64,000 bases of DNA from the human T2T-CHM13v2.0 reference genome, Homo sapiens. The position numbers were made by a program, and so were the translations under genes. Below, in pieces: positions 28,149 to 43,385 of the stretch (the stretch's first letter is position 1; each line of letters starts with the position of its first letter). Under the pieces are notes generated by a model. The model saw only the letters and a list, made by a program, of their open reading frames with translations, was not told where the DNA came from and made no database searches. The stretch lies in the NCBI RefSeq assembly GCF_009914755.1, contig NC_060927.1; one strand, written 5' to 3'.

Positions 28149-30074
28149 CAGACTGTGTGCTAAGTACTGTACTAGGCACTATGCATACATTATCTGGTGC
28201 AATCTCCATTTTTACATTTACAGAAATTGAGACTCAGTGAGATTAAGTGACTCACCCAAGGTCACACAGCAAGCAGATGGCACAGACAGGATTTAACTCA
28301 ACATATGACTCAAAAGTCCTTGCTGAAAGAGCCCAGGATGTCAAAATGGACAGAGGCATGAGGAGGGAAGAGGGTCAGAGATAAGCTTCCCACTCTGTGC
28401 ACACTGCTGAATTACCCATTAGGTAGACCTAGTGTGTGCTCAAAACACTGGGAAAGCAGCCCCAGCTTCCTTCCATCTCCCCAAAATTGGAAAATAATTT
28501 CTTTTTGATATTTCAAAGAAAAACATGGAGATCATCTTATGATTAAAATCAAGGGCTTATTGGGGTTTCTCTAAATTTATTTTAAGCTTTGTGTTTTCAG
28601 TTTGCACTTCGTATGGGGAGGAAGGATCAAAATGCTCATGTCTCAGGACCTTAGGGCTTAATTGCCCTGGGGCTTAGAGCCTCTCTAGACCTTATCCAGC
28701 AAGGTGACGCTAGCTCTCCAGAGTCTGAGTGGGAGGCAGCATGGACACCCACCTGGCCCCTGCTTCCCCTGGGGCTCACGTGGCTGTGTGAGGGGTGTTT
28801 CTTAGGGCAGTGGCCTCAGCTCCCCTGACCCGTGGCTTCTCACAGTCTGCCTTTCAGACAAGGCGCTCACTGTCCCAGCATGTTCCAAGCCACCGGCTCA
28901 AGTCCCAGCCAGCCCAGGCCTGTTGCAATGAGTCAGCCTTTCACTGGGGAAAAACGTGGTGACTGGCCTCCAAGTCATTTTTTCCAGCTTGGCCCTTGTC
29001 CTGGGCTGGGTTTGGGGAGACCTTCATTTTTCCCTTTGGGATTCGGCTGCCTACGAGGTATTCCCAAGGGTCCCTAGGAAGCAAGGGGGCTGGAATTCCT
29101 TTGGGGCAGGTTGAGTTGCTGCAGTTCAGCCAAATGAGGGTCCCTCAAGGTGCCCACCTGGTCTCGCTCCACCTCCCCCTGCTCATATAAGCAAAAGTAG
29201 AGGCCACAGAGGGTAAGTTCTTATGGCCCTTACGGTTGTGCCCAGTCATGGGGAGGAGGATAAGAAGAGGAGTTATAAAATAAAGTCCACCTTTGGCATC
29301 TTTCACAGGCCATGCTAGCGCAGCAACCTCAGGTACCTGGAGCTTGAGGCACACTTGGCCTCTTATCAACTAGTGGTGCCTTCCTGAAAGATGATGCTCC
29401 CTTGGGCCCCTTGAATTTTAAAGCAAGCACCATTACCTTCGGTGAACCTTCCTGCCCCCAGCTCTATGCCAGGGTTCCGGTTTCAGAGCTATTCACCTTA
29501 CCATCCCTTCTGACTCACCTCTGGCTTCCCAGGGCTTCGTGAGGCCTCCCCTGCATGGCCAGGCTGATGTGGATTCTCCCTAGTGTGACTGGGTGGGAGG
29601 GAGGAAGAGGCAATGACCATTAGTCAAAGGGTGGTGAGGGTGCGTGAGGGCAGGGCTTTGGCCCTCATGGATCCCGCAGTAAATTCACTCTCTCCGGAGG
29701 AAACATTGACCTCACTGCTGCTGAAGCCCTTACTTAGAACTTCCTATTCATTTTTGCAATTAGCAAAGATTAACCTCTCAATAATTCATTCATTCAGGGC
29801 ACAGATAGTTATTGGTACCTTTACATGCCAGGTACTGGGCTTTGGGGCTACAATAGTGCACAGAAGAGTCATGCTCCTGTTTCCTGAAGCCGATAGTCTG
29901 AGAGGGACACAGATAGCAACCTGATAATTACACAGATAGATACCAACAATCCAGTATCAATATGCAAGAAGAGCACAGAAGAGCAGACAACAGTGCCTGG
30001 AGTGGTCTGGGGTGTTCAGGGAAGGTTTGCCTGAAATAGACGGGTAAGTGGGAGTTGTCTGGTTGAGATGGGGG

Positions 30075-30495
30075 TCCTGACCCCAAGTACCTAGATAGTG
30101 ACCTTATTTGGAAATAGGGTTTTTTACAGAGATAATCAAGTTAACATGAGGTCATTAGGGTAGGCCCTAATCTTGACTGGTATTCTTATCAAAAGGGGAA
30201 ATTTGGACACAGAGACAGACATGCGCACAGGAAGAATGTCACGTGAAGATGAAAGCAGACATCAGGGGGATGCTGGCTGCTTACAAGCCATGGAATGCCG
30301 AAGATAGTGAGCCGACACCAGGAGCTAGGAGAGAAGCCTAGAACTGACGCTCCCTCACGGCCTCCAAGGATCCAAATCTGCTGACACCTTGATTTTGAAT
30401 TTTTAGCTTCCAGAACTTGAGATCACACATTTCTGTTGTTTAACCCACCCCAGCTGTGGTCTTTTGTCAAGGTAGCCGTAGCAGACAAACTCAGT
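30075..30495 (+). mobile_element. MLT1B/C-like ERVL-MaLR solo LTR
   Basis: gtgaccttatttggaaatagggt...ctgctgacaccttgatttt...atttctgttgtttaa hallmarks. Confidence 0.85.
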
Positions 30496-31082
30496 TTTCC
30501 AGCAGAGGAAACTGCACATGCAAAAGCCCTGGAAGTGAGGGCAGGGGAGGCGGGTTTGAGAAAAGAGGCCACCCTGGCTGAAATGCAGAGTCAAAAATTC
30601 CTTCATCCAGACTGACAGGGAAGCAGATCAGTGTGGGCACCTCAGGCGACTATTAAAATAGCAATAAAAATAACTACCTCGAAGGTGTGTAGAGTGTACC
30701 AGATAAGCCTGGGGAGGCAGGAAGTGACTAGAGCTATGCAGGGGCTTCCCTGTAGGGGTAGAAGTGGAGCCTTTAACCTTAAGACAGAGGAGAAGCTAGC
30801 AGGGTACGCAGGCGACCTAGAGCCTCGTTTGAGGTGTGTGACTTTGGGAAAATGGCCGTCTGTCTCTGTGCCTTAGTTCTTCGATCTCTTCCCTTATCTG
30901 GGACATTCTGTGACCATATGACTAGCAGTGTGCTCTGTGTTGCTGTCTCCTGTGTGGTGAGCCGGTGCGAAGGAAGAGAAAAGAATGAAAATAGCATTGG
31001 ACACAGTTGTGGATCTTATGGAACTTATAGTCTAGTTGGGGAAATGACATTCATTCGGGCCAGTGCACAATGGAAGTGCTAA

Positions 31083-31497
<415 letters not shown>

Positions 31498-31519
31498 CCA
31501 GATACAATTTCGATGCTGT

Positions 31520-31980
31520 ACATCTCCACCCGCCCCACCACTCCATAATTAATAGGTCTGGGGATGGGTGGGGGTTAACACGTGACCTAAGCTGGGCCAA
31601 TCAGAATCTTTCCCTGGATTTTTTGGTCAGGAGCTAAGGAAGAAAATGCAGTTTCTCTCTTGGTGGCTATGTTTGCTGCTACATAGAGGGGGCTGACTTG
31701 AGGGAATGGAGCTGACAGGCTGACCCAGAGAGAGACAAGAGGGAAGGAGAGAGAGAGAGAGAGGGAGGGAGGGAGGGAAGGAAGGTGGGAGGGGAGAGGG
31801 AGAGAGAGAGAGTGCGAGCGAGCCCCTTGGCTGCCCTGGCCCTGCTGCATCTCCGCGTTTCCCCTGGGCTTACTGGAGATACCCTACCCGCACATTCTTC
31901 ACCCTGCATTTATCAGTTTCCCCTAGGCTAGTTGGAGAGGAGTTTCTGTCACCTAGAGTCCTAGGAGTTCTGATTCACAC
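31520..31980 (-). mobile_element. MLT1J/K-like LTR interrupted by a GA-rich repeat (31720-31812)
   Basis: cacgtgacctaagctgggccaatcagaatc and tttctgtcacctagagtcct hallmarks. Confidence 0.65.
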
Positions 31981-32695
31981 AGGGATCCCCCGTGTCAACC
32001 TCAGCCACTGTTTGTGAGTGAGGTGATGAGACCCTGCTCTTGGCCCTAGTGTGTGCTATTGTGTCAGGGACCAAGGAGCTGTCCCTGCCCTCTTAGGAAA
32101 CCCTTCATGGAGCCGAAGGCCATCTTCACTCTTTATAGTACCGGAGGCGCCTGAGTCTTCACCATGCCTCTGTGAGCCTGGCGGCATTTGTTTCACTTTG
32201 CAAACCCTGCAAGTCAGGAATTAAATCTCCCCCACCCTAGTCTTACAGTTGAGGAAACTGAGGCTCAGAGGAGGAGAAATGCCTTTGTATCTAAGTGGCA
32301 GAGCCTTTTTTGGGTGTCACAGTCCTTAAGATGGTACACGTGAAACAGCAGCCCAAGCCCTGATCAGGGGAAAAAGTAATCATCCTTCATTCATGAATTC
32401 ATCAGTGAACATTTCCCTACAAAAAAAGAAGAGAAATTATCAAAGGTTTGTGCAGAGCCTGAAGTGTGAATTCAGGAAGGCAAACACAACCTTTTATCTC
32501 TATAAGCCCAGAAATCACTATACACACAATGTCAGGCATAAGTTAGGTGCTTAAGATATGTTTGCTGAAAAAGAATAAGAACAATATCTTAGTTACTGAG
32601 TGGTCACTATGTGCCAGGCACTATTTTAAGTGATTCGTGGGTATTCACTGAGGTAACCCTCACCCAGCCTTGTAAGGTTGGCACTATTATGCCTG

Positions 32696-33127
<432 letters not shown>

Positions 33128-34164
33128 TGAATGAATGAAAGCACATCTGCTAGCTACAGGACTACACATACACATATATTTCAGGAGAGCTTTCACCGGA
33201 GAGAGCTACAGGGTTGTGAAGCCTGGAGAAATTTAAGCTCCAGAAAATTCTCCAAGGAAGTAGGATGCCGTGAGCCTTAAATCTGTGTGGGACTTTTGAA
33301 TGTGAAAAGAGATATGCACATTTAGTTCTGGAATATCCATATACTCAAATCAACATAATAATTGCTTTCGTGAACTGAGAGCTTTCTCTGTGCTCCACAC
33401 CCTGCCTACTTATCTTTGAATCTTCCTGCCCTCTCTGTGTTAGGGTGTCAAAGGCCTGTCTAATCACTCTCCTAAACTGCTCTCCCCTCATCCCCTGCAG
33501 TCCACAGGAAGGTCAGCCTCGTGGGGTGTTCTTTGCAAAGCCACAGAATCTTCCCTTGATAATGACCAAGTTTCCAAGGCAAAAATTGACACGTGCTTAT
33601 GGCATCCACAGGCCCAAAGAGTTGAGGCCAGAGGGACCAAAAGTCTGGGATCTGAGTTGGCCAAGATCCAGGCTTGGAACAGAGCCAAGGATGCAGGTGG
33701 ACAGGCCTCGGGGCAGATGACAAAGCTAGGAGAATGCTCTTTACCTGCTTTTGCTGGAGGGCTAGATTTTACTATCTCCACTGAAGATCTTGAGAGCACC
33801 CATTTCACCCTGGGGCAGGGACGGGCTGCATGTTAGCTTTGAGGCCAGGCCAACCACAAGACAAGAAAAGACACATCCCAACTTGAAAGGGCTGCCGAAG
33901 ACCAGGGCAGCTGAGCAGAGCTTCATGCCCCCCCAGTGAATCTGGCTGCATCAGGCTCAGGCAGGTGCAGGGTAGGATGGAGCACTGCCTGCAGGCTCAA
34001 GGGGGATCTTAGTTGCCAATGGGAGATTTGATTGGTATTTATTTTCCATACATCTTCATCTTTTAGGAGAACAAATTCTGGGATCTTTTGGGGAGTCCTA
34101 GGGATAAAAGTCCTTAAGGGAGAAAAATGCCCCATAAAAATGCATCCTCACTCCTAGACGTATT

Positions 34165-34334
<170 letters not shown>

Positions 34335-35239
34335 TAATAAGTTTGGAGCATTTTATTTGCTGCTGGAATTATGCTAAGCACTTTATATACATGACCTTGT
34401 TTAATCCTCAGGATACCCTAGTATAGAGATGATGACTCTCCTTATTATATGCCCCAGGGAAACAGAGGCTCAGAGACCTTCTCAAGGTCACACAGCTAGT
34501 AAGTGTCAGAGCCAGGAGTCCAACCCAGGCCTGACTTCAAGTTCCTTGCCCTTAACCACAGTACTATGTTAGGTCCTTTTTAGACACACATGTTCACAAA
34601 AACCTAGATGTTTTGCTTGCATCTGTTTATCCAGCAAACATGTATTAAGTACCTACTATGTGACAGGCCCTGTTTTAGAAGCTGGGGATATAGGAAGGCA
34701 TAAATAAAACAGACAAAAACCCCTGCCTTCAGTGAAATCAAAATAACATTAAAAGGCAAAGATTATTGTCTCCCATTTTATAGCTGAAGCAACTGAGGTA
34801 GGTATTCCTTTTCGTCAGCTTACCCCTCAGATTCATTTATTCATGTGTTTTGTTGTTATCGTTGCTCAGCAAATATTCCTTGATAACTTACTAGGGCTCA
34901 GGTGCTGTTTTAGGTGCTGAGGTCCCAGTGGGGACCCAAATAGATGCAGTCCCTGCCCTCGTGGAATTCGCAGTCTCTTCAGATTGTGCCTGTGTGTCTT
35001 CCTAACCTGTAGCTGCTGCTCAGGGCACATGAACAAGCAGTACTGACTTGTGTCCCCAGGAAGCTGATGCTTTTCCTCAGACAGGCCCAAAGCAGAAGGG
35101 GCAAGTGCAGCGGTGTGCCAAACAACAAAGTCAGCACAAGTATTTGGAATCATAGGTGCCCTTTGCTCTCTCCATATGGTGATCCCTGCCCCAAGATGTG
35201 TTAGAACACACTCTAGGGTAAATGTCAGTAGGCTCTGTG

Positions 35240-35391
35240 GGGCGTGGTGCTTCACACCTGTAATCCCAGTACTTTGGGAGGCTGAGGTGGGAGGATCAAG
35301 TGAGCCCAGGATGTCAAGGCTGCAGTGAGCCATGATCATGCCACTGCACATGCAGCTTGGGTGACAAAGTGAGACCCCCTATCTCTAAAAA
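35240..35391 (+). mobile_element. Monomeric/deleted Alu (FRAM-like)
   Basis: Single-arm Alu sequence. Confidence 0.8.
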
Positions 35392-37277
35392 GGTCAGTGC
35401 CTCTGGGTGTTAATTAGCTGTGTGGCTTTGAGCCAGTGAAGCTCTCCAAGCTTCACTTTCCTCAGCCATAAAATGGAAATTGAAGCACTTTTCTTGCTTG
35501 ACTATTTCCAAGAATGAGATGAATTCAAATGAAATAATGGCTATGTGAATATTTAATTTCCTAATCCGTAGATATTATTTCGGTGTCTTCCAGGTCCAGG
35601 TCTTCATTTCCTGTTACCTATTACCACAGTGCCTCAAAACGGCTGTTATAAACTCATTCACAAAAAGGTATAAGTAACAGATGATATTTCAAGTCTTGCC
35701 TCTCCCAGGCCTAAAGACTTTCTTATAAGAAAAAAAAACCTGTGGAAGGGAACTTTGGATTCTGGCCAAATAGAGTAACAGGTACCAGATTTACCCTCCC
35801 ATCTGAAACAATTAAAAAGAACCTTAACTGTGTCCTAGACAAAGTTCAATGGCTTTTAGAAGAGTACAAACATATCCAATGCTCAGCAAGATAAAGTTCC
35901 CAATGTCTACCATGTAATCAAAAGAATTCCCAGTGGAAGTGCCTTGGACTGGAATATGAGCTCCCTGAGGCAAGAGATTTTTATCTGTTTCATTCTCTGC
36001 TATATCTTCAGTTCCTAGAAGAGTGTCTGACACATAGTAGGCACGCAATAACGATTCGTTGACTAATGAATGAATGAATAGGGGTGTCAGACATCAGTGA
36101 GGATAATGGGAGGTGCTATTCTGTCCAAGGGTCTCTCCCAGAGCCCCAGAAATCACCTGGCACTTAAGGCCTGCCTGACTGATAAATTCCCCAAGTCAGC
36201 CCAAGCATGGAGGATGAGACCCTCTAAAGAGTGACAGCCTTTAGGGGAGGGAGACATCTACAAGCCCTGTCACGAGCCCTGTCATCACCTCGGGAGGAAA
36301 AGGAAAGCTTGTTACTCATTGATAACAATCGCTGTGAACGACTCCTCCACACGGCACCCCTCCCCACCCCCTACCTTCCAGCCCTGGCCTGTTTACTGGA
36401 AGACGCGACCCTGTTTTCTACATCCTGAGCGATGACAGATTTCATCACTGGCTTAAGGCAAGACAGAGAAGCTGGGTGTCAGGCCCTGGTGATAAGTCAT
36501 GTCAGATTTTGGGTGGTTGTGGTAGTGGTGGTGGGGGCAACTGTAGCCGTTACCACACAGGTTTATGCCTCAGTCTGCTCATTCATTTGTTAATCCTTTT
36601 ATCGCGTACATATTAATTCGGGTCAGGCCTTGTGCGTGGGGGCTCCAGACACAAGACAAAAATGACAAAAATGAAAATGACGGGGATTAAAACGAATTGC
36701 AAAAGCCACCATTTTCTGAATGATTCCTTCAGAAGGCAACATGCTGGTGTGGCTAGGAACGTAGTTCTGAGCAAGACACCTGGGTTCCCAGTCTCCGCTC
36801 TGCTTCTTCACAGCAGTGTGACTCTGGGCAAGGTACCTAACCTCTCTGAGCCTCCATGTTCTCATCTCTAAAATGGGGCAGTTGTGATTAAATGAGTTAA
36901 CCCATTTAAAGCATGTAGAACGCTATTTGCTATTTCTTTGCTTGAAGTCGTATTAAATACTTTACAGCCTCAGTCAGAAGAGGGGAATTGTATCATGGTT
37001 AAGAGCTCTGAGTTGGAACTTGGACACCCACTTACTGCGTGACTTTGAGCAGGTAACTTACCTTCTCTGAACCTTAGTTTCCTCATCTGGGAAGTAATGC
37101 AAAGTAAATTCCACAAGCGTAGGGAATTCTCTTTTGTTCACTCCTGTCTCTACAGTGCCTTAAACAGCACCTGGCCAAGAGTAGATGCTAATGCAGTAAT
37201 CAGGACCAGTTATGTAATTTGTGGGACCCAGCGCAAATGAAAATGCAGGGCCCTTGTTTTAAAAATTAAGAATTTCG

Positions 37278-37585
37278 GGCTAGGCACGGTGGCTTACGCC
37301 TGTAATCCCAGCACTTTGGGAGGCCGAGGCGGGTGGATCACAAGGTCAGGAGTTTGAGACTAGCCTGGCCAACATGGTGAAACCCCGTCTCTACTAAAAA
37401 TACAAAAATTAGCCGGGCATGGTGGCATGCACCTGTAGTCCCAGCTACTTGGGAGGCTAGGGCAGGAGAATCGCTTGAACCCGGGAGATGGAGGTTGCAG
37501 GAGCCAAGATAGTGCCACTTCATTCCAGCCTGGGCAACAGAGTGAGACTCCGTCTCAAAAAAAAAAAAAAAAAAAAAAGAAAATT
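37278..37585 (+). mobile_element. AluS
   Basis: Full dimer with poly-A. Confidence 0.93.
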
Positions 37586-37597
37586 ATTAAGAATTTC

Positions 37598-37898
37598 GGC
37601 CGGGCTCAGTGGCTCACACCTGTAATCCCAGGACTTTGGGAGGCTGAGGCAGGTGGATTACCTGAGGTTGGGAGTTTGAGACCAGCCTGCCAACATGGAA
37701 AAAACCCATTTCTACTAAAAATACAAAATTAGCTGGGCATGGTGGCGCATGCCTGTAATCTCAGCTACTCGGGAGGCTGAGGTAGGAGAATCGCTTTGAA
37801 CCCAGGAGGTGGAGGTTGTGGTGAGTTGAGATCATGCCATTGCACTCCAGCCTGGGCAACAAGAGCAAAACTCTATCTCAAAAAAAAAAAAAAAAAAG
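37598..37898 (+). mobile_element. AluSq/Sp-like
   Basis: Full dimer; ggcaacaagagc end. Confidence 0.93.
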
Positions 37899-38204
37899 AA
37901 TTTCAAGAGAGCAATGATGGAGAATTAAACCAAACGTGGGGCCCTTCTAAGTGTGGGGTGGCCCTCTGTGACTGCATAGGCCACATGCCCATGAAGCTGG
38001 CTCTGATCACAATACTCCCCCACATTGTTGTTATGAGGAGAAAGTGAGTTAAAGTGTGTAGGGCAAGTGGCACATACCTGGCCCAGAGTAGACTCTCAAT
38101 GCTAACTGATATTATTCTTATCATATTTAATGTTCACTGACAGCCCTGTGAGAGCACATAGGTATTATCCCACCTCACAGGTGAAGGACTAAATGACTTG
38201 CTCA

Positions 38205-38347
38205 GGCTGGGCACAGTGACTCACGCCTGTAATCTCAGCACTTTGGGAGGCCGAGGTGGGAGGATTGCTTGACCCCAGGAGTTCGAGAGCAGCCTGGGCA
38301 ACATAGCAAGACCCCATCTCTACCAAACCAAACCAAACAAAATAAAA
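38205..38347 (+). mobile_element. FLAM-like Alu monomer with (AAACC)n tail, inside a MIR
   Basis: Left arm plus microsatellite tail. Confidence 0.8.
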
Positions 38348-38820
38348 CCCAGTTTGCTCACTGCCGTACTGTTTATGGGAGGTACAGGCAGGATTTGAAC
38401 CCAGGTCAGCTGACGTGTGAGAGAAGGGTGGGTGGAGGAAGGGAGAAGGCCCAGAAGCCTCGCAGGTAGCTGGTAGGGAGGTGTTTGGGGTTTGGACAGC
38501 TGCTCCCTCCTTTAGGGCTGACTGTCCCATCAGGAGGGGGTTGTTTCTGTTGCTCAGTGGGGAATCTGCAGGCCTCGACAGGCTCTGAGCTGGGAAACAG
38601 GAGTGGCCCTGCCTGTCCTATGACACACTGTGAGTGGAGGGGGCTGTGGCCGGCAGGGACGTAGGGGAGTCACACCTGCTGAAGCCCAGCTCAGAGTCAG
38701 GACTGGGACCAAAGGGGCAGAGCCCAGGCTGGCCATGGAGGTCCGAAGTGAGGGATTAAACTCCAGCGTGGCAGCCTCTGCCACTGACAGCCCCAGCTCT
38801 TCCCGTGGCCCCAAAGGCTA

Positions 38821-39180
<360 letters not shown>

Positions 39181-39481
39181 TTAAAAAGGCTTCCCTTCTC
39201 TTCCTTTCTAAAGCACTGTCATGTTCTCACTTCTTCCACATCTCCCTGCAATGCCTGTTTTCTATTCCAATCTGCAATTCCCTTCCTTATTGACTTGCTG
39301 TGTGTTCATCACCTGACTCCCTTCAGTAGAACACACACAGATGAACCCTGAGGGCGGGGGCCACGTGCAGGGCTCCATTTCTGTCATCTACAGCAGTGGC
39401 TGCCACACAGCAAGGACTCCATGAATACTTATTGAATCAGTGAGCGAATGAATAGCCAGCTGTACCATGTTGGAAAAATGA

Positions 39482-39938
<457 letters not shown>

Positions 39939-40147
39939 TAGAAAGTGATCAGTTAATTTCAATATTCCCTATGTTACTACGATTGCTACTGCTAAACTCT
40001 ATAGGTTGGAGACCCTGATTGAGGAGCTGAACCCTTGATCCTAAAATGCTCCCCTGCTCCCCGCACACCCAGAGGCTACCCCAAGGAAGAGAGACAATCC
40101 CAGAGGCTTGAAGCAAAGGGAACACGCTGGGAAAGAAAACTACTCTG

Positions 40148-40486
<339 letters not shown>

Positions 40487-41538
40487 CTACTCTGATATTC
40501 TCAAAGGGGTTCCTTCTTTTTGGATTTCTCTATCTCTCTTGAGGATCCCATCCCACCCCACCGCCATTCAACCCCGCCTTTCCCAACCACATACCAAGAA
40601 TAAACCTCACACCCTGTGTGCCTCTAGTGTCATAGTTTCCTGCCTCTATGGTCACGGGCTGCTTGGGCTCGGAGGGATTTTCCAGCTTAGGGCAGTGCTG
40701 GTGGGACCCGAGGCAATGTGACATAGGAGGAGCTGTGAAGAAGACCTAGAAAGAGGAAAGCCCCGAGCAGATGCTGACAGAGAACTGGAGTGGGGCCTCA
40801 CAGAGGTACCTGGAGTGCAGGCTCCCGGGAAGGGGAACCAAGCCTTGCCTCTGATTTCAGCAAGTGCTCACAGAGCAGGCCATCTGGCGGCTCGCTGCCA
40901 GCCAAATGCTACTGACCAAGGACTTCCAAACTGACCAGGCCCAGAACAAGAAATTCTGTTTAGCATCTGGAGATCTATGGCCAGGCTGGATCCAAATGGA
41001 TTCCAGTTTAGAGGGCTGTCCACTCCTTGGCAAAGTCCTGTTTTCTTAACCCTCTCTTCCCTTTGAACAGTGATCAAGGATCCTCCCAAGTCCTTCTCTA
41101 ATCCCTCGTAGCCCCACTAACAGCCATCACAGTCAGACACCCTCCTCAGAGAGCCATTTCTCCTCCTTGGTCTTTCTCTTCTAATTTCCACTCCTGATAT
41201 CTAGCTAGCTACTTCTTCTAAACATGTCAAGGGACCTAGTTTCCAGTTCTGCTCTGGCTCTTACTCAGTGGCTTCTAGTAATTTCCAGCCCTTCTCTGTG
41301 CCTCAGTTGCCCCATTTGTAAAATGGGGCCCCAAAAGGTTCCTTTCGGCTCTGACATTCTAGGATCCAAAGTACAGAGATTAAGCCACAAGAATCCCTAC
41401 CAGAAGGTAGGGGATCCAGCCTGGACCACAACCCCAGGGCTTGACAGTTTCCTGCCCAGCACTGCCTGCCCGCCTTCCTAGCTGTGTGGCCATAGCCAAG
41501 TTTCTGTTGAATGGACAGAGGGTAAGATGTTAGGATTA

Positions 41539-41846
<308 letters not shown>

Positions 41847-42689
41847 GGCAAGCTAGCCAACACAGTGCTTTCTAACGCTAGCAGGAGTGCATTAAGAGGA
41901 AGCCGTTATGAATTTAGAAGGACAAGAAGACAGAAAGTCTGAAGAAAAAACAAGTAGCCAAAGAACAATCCATTCGACAAATATTAGGAGCATCTCCTAT
42001 GTGTACTGAGGTTACAAACATGGATATGCAGCTCCAGAACTCAGAACTCAAGGTGCTTAAGATGGAGGAGACAGATTTGTCAACAAATGTCGCTACACCC
42101 TTCTGACTGTTCCCTGGCATCTGTGGCCATTGTATACAGTTGTGTAGGTTGTTCACTGCACGAGGGTGCTGGCTCGGGCATAGAGGGGCTGAAATTCAGG
42201 TCAGGTCCCTTTCCTAAGCATGGGCCTATGGGGCTGCATCTTCCCAGAGGGGCACCTTTTCCTAATTCTTACAAATGTGCTGTGTGGGCTGGCCTAGCCC
42301 CTGCAGCATTCACATTACCTTGTTCTGACCCAGTCAGCTCCCACCAACAAAAGCACTCATTTTAGGTATAAGTTACTCGCCCCTGCACACACACCTATTA
42401 CCTCGTGAGCACTCCATCATCCTTAACTTGGCCTTCAAGCTCCTTTGCGACCTGCCCCCAGCTCCTTCTCTGCCATCTCTAGCATCTCCTTCCCTCTCAT
42501 ACTCCTCATACCACACAGTACACACGGTATAGCTTCACTTCCTTGAAGGAGCCATGGTCCATCTGATCTTTGCATATGCTGTTTCCTCTCTCTGGAATAA
42601 CCCGATTGGCTTTTCTCCGATTGGCTGGCTAATGCCTCAAATGTTCAGATCTCAATTTAGATATTATTCTCTCCAAGAGGCCTTTGTTG

Positions 42690-42895
42690 ATTTTGTTTTG
42701 TTTTGAGACAGAGTGTCACATTGTTGCCCAGGCTAGAGTGCAGTGGCGCGGTCACAGATCACTGCATCCTCAACCTTTGCCCAAGAGATCCTCCTATCTC
42801 AGCCTCTCAAGTAGCTAGGACGATAGAAACAGGGCACCATGCCTGGCTTTTTTTTTTTGGTAGAGTTGGGGTCTCACTGTGTTGCCAAGGCTCAA
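42690..42895 (-). mobile_element. Degenerate partial AluJ
   Basis: Diverged right arm. Confidence 0.75.
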
Positions 42896-43146
42896 GAAGC
42901 CTTCTTTGAAGGCTCTCCACTCCCTTCCTTCTCACCCAATCAGATCACATTCCTGATGCCCCCATAGTGCCTGTACTTCTCTAAAGCATTTGTCAGAATT
43001 ATAATGAAATGATTAATAGTATTAATTATTGATTATTGCCTTTCTCCTCTAGGAAATTAGAAGCTCCTGGAATATGGGGACTGTGTCTTTTATATGGTGT
43101 ACATGTTATATAGGCCATCTATCTGCTATATGCTAGAATCCTAGTG

Positions 43147-43385
43147 CATATAGTTGGTGCTCAATAAATTATTATTGAATAAATGAATGACTATAGCTCA
43201 ATATAATACAGGCCATTAGACAGGTTATTCTACTTATTTGAGGACAGGGAAGGCTGTACATATAGCTGGTGCTCAATAAATAATAATTGAATAAATAATT
43301 ATTGACTCAATGAATGACTATAGTTCAGTCTAATACAGGACAGTGTTCAGGTGATTCCACTCGTCTGAGGACAGGGAAGGCTGTA
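43147..43385 (+). repeat. Diverged two-unit tandem duplication (112 and 127 bp) including an L2 3' end
   Basis: catatag.tggtgctcaataaa...gaggacagggaaggctgta occurs twice in tandem. Confidence 0.85.

Larger units (their letters stand above)
37201..38005 (-). mobile_element. MER45A hAT-Tip100 MITE split by two tandem Alus
   Basis: 37201-37276 and 37896-38005 match the reverse complement of the recalled MER45A consensus. Confidence 0.8.

Noticed and set aside
43147-43385. CRISPR-like or prokaryotic repeat array
   Set aside because: Only two diverged units derived from an L2 end. The window is primate DNA and I saw no repeat-spacer array or foreign insert.
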